DNA from: Eledone cirrhosa
Lineage: Eukaryota
Direction: 5' to 3'
Length of the DNA: 64,000 nucleotides
NCBI GenBank assembly: GCA_964016885.1
Contig: OZ024747.1
Span: 63,054,001 to 63,118,000, forward strand
Shown here: positions 59,566 through 64,000 of the stretch, piece by piece
Position numbering within the stretch: the first letter of the stretch is position 1
Layout: each line of letters starts with the position of its first letter
Position numbers and translations under genes: made by a program
The notes under the pieces: model-generated
What the model saw: only the letters and a program-made list of their open reading frames with translations
Database searches by the model: none
Told to the model about the DNA's origin: nothing

Positions 59566-60429
59566 TTAAATATGTTTAGAACTCTTGTTCATCCTCATTT
59601 ATCTGCTATATCAAATAAACCTATATCCTGAACACCCTGTAGTTATTTTTAAAGTTTACTACTTTTTATCTCATGGGGAAGATGAATATGATATATGAAG
59701 CCTGATCTTTCGAGAGAGAGAAGAAACACATTCTAACTGTTATAGTAATGGCATAAAAACTTAGTTAAACTCAGTTTCCCGGGGACTCTATTTTCTATAG
59801 AGATTTCTCAAGATGACAGAAAATTTAGGTCCTAAAAATTATAAGTGTTATGATAAAATGCACCCAGCTATAGAAACCATTCCAAAATTAGAACATTTGA
59901 AAGTGGCATGATCACCTGACACATCTAAGAGTGTTTGTTACTTTGAATAAATAATAACTGGAACTTTAACAGCAAGTCCAACCTATTCTAGTATTGAAAG
60001 GTGACATAAAATGATGATAATGATAATGATGATAAGTAAGAGTAAAATGAAATAAAAGTAGAGAAGTGTTAAATAAATGTTAGCTGTACTTTTAACCCAT
60101 AAAGCTCTAGTTTCTTAAGAAGCATGTTTTGTTTCTATCTATGTTAACAGAAGTTTGTCATATATTTGGCAACAACTTGACTATATTATAGAAAATGATA
60201 GAGTGATTTGTAGTGCTAGCTTAATGTTAGCAAGCTACTTTAATTGCTTTCTTATCCTGACCATTGATATATAACCTTGTATAGGAATAATGATGTGAAC
60301 CTAGCTGAAAACTATGAATTTCATCACAGTTGCTTGTAATGTTTTAAAGTGCTGTACATCATTCTTGATTGCTACTATTTGTGTGACTGTTAGAATATGT
60401 TTGATTTAGTTTGGAGCGTACACTGTATC

Positions 60430-60575
60430 TCTTAGTTTTAGGTTCTTCCGCGTCTTTCGGCACATCGAGCTATGAGTAGTTGCCAATGGTCATGATCAGT
60501 GGCGGCTTTTTCACGTCTGTGCCAAGTGATGTTGGCTGCCATCAGGTCTTTACATATACTCGTGTATATGTCACA
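60430..60575 (-). mobile_element. LINE (RTE-like) extreme 3' end
   Basis: ICKDLMAANITW..AATDHDHWQLLIARCAERRGRT*. Confidence 0.55.
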
Positions 60576-60599
60576 CATGATAGATACTCTAACATATGT

Positions 60600-60962
60600 G
60601 AAAGTATGTGGCTTTGTGGTTAGGGTATTCAGCTCACAATCATGACGTCATGAGTTTGATTCCTGGCAAAGTGTTGTGTCCTTGAGCAAGACAATTTATT
60701 TCATGCTGCTCCAGTCCACTCAGCTGATAAAATTGAGTTGTACATCTAATTCGAAGGGCCAGCTTTGTAAAATTCTATGTCATGCTGAATCTCACTGAGA
60801 ACTACATTAAGAGTATGTGTGTCTGTGGAATGCTCAGCCACTTTCTCGTTAATTTCACAAGCAGGCTGTTCTGTTGATCGGATCAACCGGAACACTCATT
60901 ATAATAACCAATGGAGTGCCCATCCTACCCATGCTAGCGTGAAAGATGGACGTTAAATGATG
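60600..60962 (+). mobile_element. CORE-type SINE with a third tail type
   Basis: Head and core, then gaagggccagc..ttaatttcacaagcaggctgtt..ggagtgcc; the tail alone recurs at 62050-62228. Confidence 0.75.
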
Positions 60963-61473
60963 TTGAGATGTCACATACACATTTTTATGTTTATTTTTTT
61001 GTGGAAAAATGTGTGACTTCTTCATGAACATATACAATATATTAAAATTTACATTATTTGGTGTGAAGTAGTTTCCTCTCTTGTTTTATAATAGTTATAG
61101 AATTTTAATAGAATATAATCTTTTGTGTTCAATATAACCCTTTTGTGACCATATTTCTAACAAGGGTATAGTGTCTTTCTGTTTTAATTATCAAAATAAT
61201 CAACAATTCTTAACAGTTTAGTGAAATAGCTAACTTTAAATTTAATTACAAAAGATAAATATTTAACTATTGAAATCTATTTTTATCTTGTATGTAATAA
61301 TAAGATTTTAGTTTTGGGTGGTTGACATACATTTGACAAAACTAAAGTATATCCTCTGCTCCATATTAGCCAGTAAAGCACTTTAGATGCTTGGAGATCT
61401 TCTGGCTAGAACAATGGAAAGACATCTGATCACACATTGTTTAAAGAACCTAGTAGTAACTTCCAGAAATCTT

Positions 61474-61559
<86 letters not shown>

Positions 61560-62237
61560 CAGTTTAGAATAAAACGTTTTTGAATAAGAAAACAGATAAA
61601 GGTAGGTGAAGAAGATATTGCAGCTCAAAATATGAGATTTCATTTATTACAGTAAACTACTCAGATGGATGCATACAACTCTACTTGTACAAGAACCTTA
61701 TTTTAGACATTTAAGTGAACTCATAGAGCAAATATTAGATTGAAAAGAAGACCAAAGAGTGTTAATTATATTATATTTTTATTTAACGCACGTTTCTTCC
61801 TCATCATAAAACATGTAATTAATTATTAGTTAATAAATTATATGAACAAACAATTGAATTCATCAGAATTAATAAAAAATACAAGAAACATTTTTACCTC
61901 ATCCAGTCATTTTGTATGCACACTTAAGGCTGTATTTTCTTTAATTGATGAATCCAATCAAATGTTTTATGATGTGTAAGAAACGTGTGTTATTTAAAAT
62001 ATAATATAATTAAGTTTTTTATCTTCTTTTTATTGTATGTATATATATACCTGTTAATCGAAGGGCCAGCCATGTTACATTCTGTGTCCTGCTGAACCTC
62101 CCTGAGAACTACGTTAAGGGTATGTGTGTTTGTTGAATGCTCAATCAATTGCACGTTAATTTCACAAGCAGGCTGTTCTGTTGATTGTATCAACTCGAAC
62201 ACTCATTGTCACAACTGATGGAGTGCCGTTAAATATA

Positions 62238-62432
62238 TAAAACAAAGAGGGTGAGGTAAGATGCCAGGTGGACCATAACGCACCAGAGTACTCAATACTT
62301 AGGGTAGTAGAGTGGGTAATAGGAAAAGAGTCAGGACCCCGACGGTTGAGCTCCGGCTGTTTCAAACTCAGTTCAGATCTAGCTGTTGAAATGGCTGGTG
62401 CTCTGCCGTCAGGGTCCTGACTCTTTTCCTAT
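62238..62432. mobile_element. Foldback-ended repeat, family F
   Basis: ~46-bp inverted arms at 62319-62432; homologues at 38241-38415 and 39600-39740, all next to (TA)n. Confidence 0.6.
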
Positions 62433-63684
62433 ATATGCATATATATATACACACCATCACCATAATCCTTATCATCATTTGACATCTATATTTACACGTA
62501 GTTAGATGGGTTATCACATTATGAGATAAGTCAGATCTGGAGATGAGATCTTGCTCATATGAATCTGTATTTTGGTATGGATTCTACAGCTGGATGCACC
62601 TCCTAACACCAACCACTGTTGTTTAATTTCTTAACATCTTTCAGAGATAGGTTAACTATGAAAGTAGCATTTGCTCAGAATTCTCCAACGAGCTCCCCAC
62701 CCGCCCCCCCAAAATACTTTACAACTATTTTGTTTTCAATATCATTAACCTATTTTTTAAAAGTGCATCTTATTTATTTGTCAGCCTACGGTATTTCACT
62801 CCCATTGATTACCAATAAAAGAGCTTAGTCTTTAAAATATCTTATACTATTTTATGAATTCTTGGCTCCTTATCTACTTTTTCTTAAATTCCTATGTTAA
62901 TCTAGCACTAGGACATACTTTACGATTTATTCAGAGTTGGTCGGAAATCGGAAATAGTGAGAGAATATAAGGTTTATAATACTCTAAAAACAATGTAAAG
63001 TAAAGTAAAATGTATTTTCTTCATTGATTCTAAGAATAATTTATGAACATAAAATAATATCTTTTAGGATAGTATAGTACTCTGTAACCTTATCTTGTTT
63101 GCTAAATAACCATTTGTTTCCCATCAACCTTTTATTGACCTTTGTCATTTCAGACTTGAAGCATTCGGGTGGTGGAGAGTCGGGCACTATGCTTTGTATC
63201 ATAGTTACGTCCCTTTACATTCTCAGTTCAAATCCCACCGAGGTGAACTTTGCCTTTCATCCTTACAGGGTCGATGAAATAAAGTCTCAGTAACACACAT
63301 GGGTTAATTTACTCAACTTTTCTCGCCACCAAAGCTGTTGGCCTTGTGTCTAAATCGGAAACCATTATTTAATCCCTTTGATACCAACACACCTGAAATT
63401 GCTCTGACTCTATGATACAAAGCTGCTTGTATTTTCTTATTTTCATACATATATTAAAACCTCTCATTATTGGCAGTATCGGTAGACGGTGGGACGCCAT
63501 GCTTTGACGCATAGTTACAGCCCTTGCCATTCTGAGTTCAAATCCCACCGAGGTTAACTTTGCCTTTCATCCTTATGGGGTCGATAAAATAAAGTACTAG
63601 TAATACACTGGGTAATTGCTGGCCTTGTGCCAAAAGTAGAAACAATTATAATTTTATCTAAGAACCTTTTGTTGATTTTCTTCT

Positions 63685-64000
63685 CCTTCTTCGCCCACTT
63701 ATCCTGGGAGAGTTGTGGTGGCTGAGTCCTCAAATACATCTTCCAGTGGGTCCTGTCAGAAGCAACCATCTCCAACTGATCCAGCTGGATCCATAAGCAA
63801 GATTAGTCAGGCTCGTGGATGTTATTTAACCTTCTTTCTCGGTGCCCACCCCTGGGTCTCATGTTGGTTGGTTTTGCCCATAAATTTGTCCAGTGATTCT
63901 TCCCTGAGATATTCTAACTGCATGTTCATAGTATCAGAGCTGTGATCTCTCAATTCAGAGTCTCTACCTGGAGCAACTCTCTGATCTCTAAATATCATTT
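63685..64000 (-). mobile_element. RTE LINE 3' fragment, same family as 20434-20765
   Basis: Shared gagctgtgatctctcaatt and cccctgggtctc blocks; its 3' end also occurs at ~46588-46684 (+). Confidence 0.75.

Overview
Strongly AT-rich, repeat-dense animal genomic DNA. The (TA)n and (CAT)n microsatellites, tRNA-headed CORE-type SINEs, RTE LINE remnants and TTAA MITEs fit an octopus or other coleoid cephalopod (inferred from repeat style, not searched). No intact protein-coding gene could be supported; nearly all listed ORFs are microsatellite, satellite or SINE artefacts. Main signals: (1) at least 14 non-repetitive, exon-like segments on the minus strand from about 62 kb to 9.7 kb (possibly 5.7 kb). 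They are full of stops and frameshifts but mostly keep canonical AG/GT sites, and their translations resemble, in colinear order, my recollection of CCDC162 (DUF4549) proteins. This suggests a decayed unitary pseudogene spanning the window. (2) A near-canonical type I hammerhead ribozyme as an inverted dimer at 11.15-11.25 kb, and a second with an extended stem II at 31.0 kb, probably from Penelope-like elements. (3) A CpG-retaining, promoter-like island at 13.3-15.8 kb with a possible plus-strand first exon. (4) Nested and composite DNA transposons and modular SINEs sharing a tail with an RTE LINE. All family assignments are by eye and memory and need database confirmation.
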